From positions 1 to 54,673 of the IMG/VR virus record IMGVR_UViG_3300031939_000377: a DNA stretch of 54,673 bases. One strand, given 5' to 3'. This DNA is from a virus. Taxonomy: Duplodnaviria; Caudoviricetes. Positions within the stretch are counted from its first letter, which is position 1, and each line of letters opens with the position of its first letter. This document shows positions 53,726 through 54,673 of the stretch, one piece after another. The translations under genes were made by a program, and so were the position numbers. Below the pieces are notes generated by a model. The model was given only the letters and a program-made list of their open reading frames with translations, ran no database searches and was not told the DNA's origin.

Positions 53726-54673
53726 TCACAACCCGAGAGAGACGCTGGCGTTATTCCGCCAGATGTCAGCACGGCGGAAGTAGCGCCTCACGATCTCCGG
53801 AGTCTGCGCGGTGTAGGCGGAGATTCTGAGCGCGCTCACGTTGGCTTCGCCCATGGCGGTGATGGCGCCGGCGCGCAGCGAATGCGCTCCCGATTGGCGC
53901 GGATCGATGCCGATGCCGGCGAGACACTTTTTCACGATTCTGCAAATGCACTCTCCGTCCAGCCGTTCGCCCCGGCGAAATTTGGTCACGCGGGGGAACA
54001 GGGGACCGGGATTGGTGCCGCGCACGCGCAGCCAGGCCTTCAGGACGCGCACCGGGTCGGTGTTCGGGTAACGGCCGCGGGCAATTCCGATGAAGCGGCC
54101 GCGGCCTTCCTGATCCTGTTTTTCTCTTTCGACGTGAATCACCAATCCCTGCCGGCAGAATTCGACGTCGGAGAGGTTGAGCAGCGCGAGGTTCGAACGG
54201 CGCAAGGTACTGGCGAAACCAATCACGAGCAACGCGCGGTTGCGCATCGCCGCGATCGAGCCGATGCGCAGCAAACAGCCGGACATCTTCCGCAGCTCGC
54301 ACACCGTAATAGGGCGCATCTGCCGCGGCTTCTCGGCGCGCAGCCGTTGAGCGCCGCGCAGCAACGCCCGGACTTCGGTGACGTCGGGCGCCTCCAGGCC
54401 GTGCGAGCGGTGGGCATGCAGGACCGCGCATTGGCGCCGGCGGGCCGTGGTGATTTTCTTGCCGTGGCTCAGCAGGTCGGTGAGGTAAAGGGAAAGAGTC
54501 TCCGCGGTGGTTGGCAGCGCCGAACGGTGGTAGCGTTCGCACCAGGCCGCATACATGCGCATGTCGTACCCATAGCCGAGGACCGTGTTCTGTGCGACCA
54601 GGCCCTGTTTCAATCTTGCCTTTTCGATTTGCAGCCATTCGATAGCCGCGGCGTTAGGATGAGGGACAGCCAT
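53726..54673 (-). CDS. Cre-like tyrosine recombinase/integrase
   Basis: N-terminal SAM-like domain; RNRALL..GF...LRRS, K.DQEG.G, HSLRAG, RRY. Confidence 0.9.
   Translation of the reverse strand: MAVPHPNAAAIEWLQIEKARLKQGLVAQNTVLGYGYDMRMYAAWCERYHRSALPTTAETLSLYLTDLLSHGKKITTARRRQCAVLHAHRSHGLEAPDVTEVRALLRGAQRLRAEKPRQMRPITVCELRKMSGCLLRIGSIAAMRNRALLVIGFASTLRRSNLALLNLSDVEFCRQGLVIHVEREKQDQEGRGRFIGIARGRYPNTDPVRVLKAWLRVRGTNPGPLFPRVTKFRRGERLDGECICRIVKKCLAGIGIDPRQSGAHSLRAGAITAMGEANVSALRISAYTAQTPEIVRRYFRRADIWRNNASVSLGL

Larger units (their letters stand above)
1..54673. mobile_element. Temperate siphovirus-like prophage or phage genome segment (both ends may extend beyond the window)
   Basis: Ordered terminase-portal-scaffold-capsid-neck-tube-chaperone-tape measure-tip module with no sheath, plus lysis genes, divergent early region, excisionase-like HTH and tyrosine recombinase. 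Confidence 0.95.

Overview
GC-rich temperate siphovirus-like prophage, or phage contig, filling the whole window. Host not determinable from sequence; the style of the exported proteins loosely suggests Acidobacteria. A long leftward late region (about 43 kb to 1) holds lysis genes, a serine recombinase, terS, patatin, terL, portal, scaffold, capsid, neck, tail tube, a chaperone with a -1 frameshift, tape measure and tail tip. It ends in five coupled genes that all carry Sec or Tat signal peptides: a Cys-rich fibre-like protein with a CBM5/12-like domain, a metallophosphoesterase, a heparinase II/III-like lyase and two unknowns. An accessory cluster in the head/neck module has a Tad1-like sponge and a twin-arginine-leader paralog of the capsid C-terminus. 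The central region has a CapRel-like RelA/SpoT gene. It also has a leftward cassette array of about five divergent paralogs, punctuated by copies of a 50-bp gene-end/RBS repeat. No HTH repressor is visible at the divergent switch; a small basic protein with its promoter sits there and has a second copy 5.2 kb away. A rightward early operon (Zn-finger paralogs, PD-(D/E)XK nuclease, excisionase-like HTH) converges on a Cre-like tyrosine recombinase. A DNA methyltransferase and an HNH gene are frameshifted at G runs. No tRNA, rRNA, CRISPR array, reverse transcriptase or replication module was recognised. All family calls come from motif recognition by eye, not database searches.
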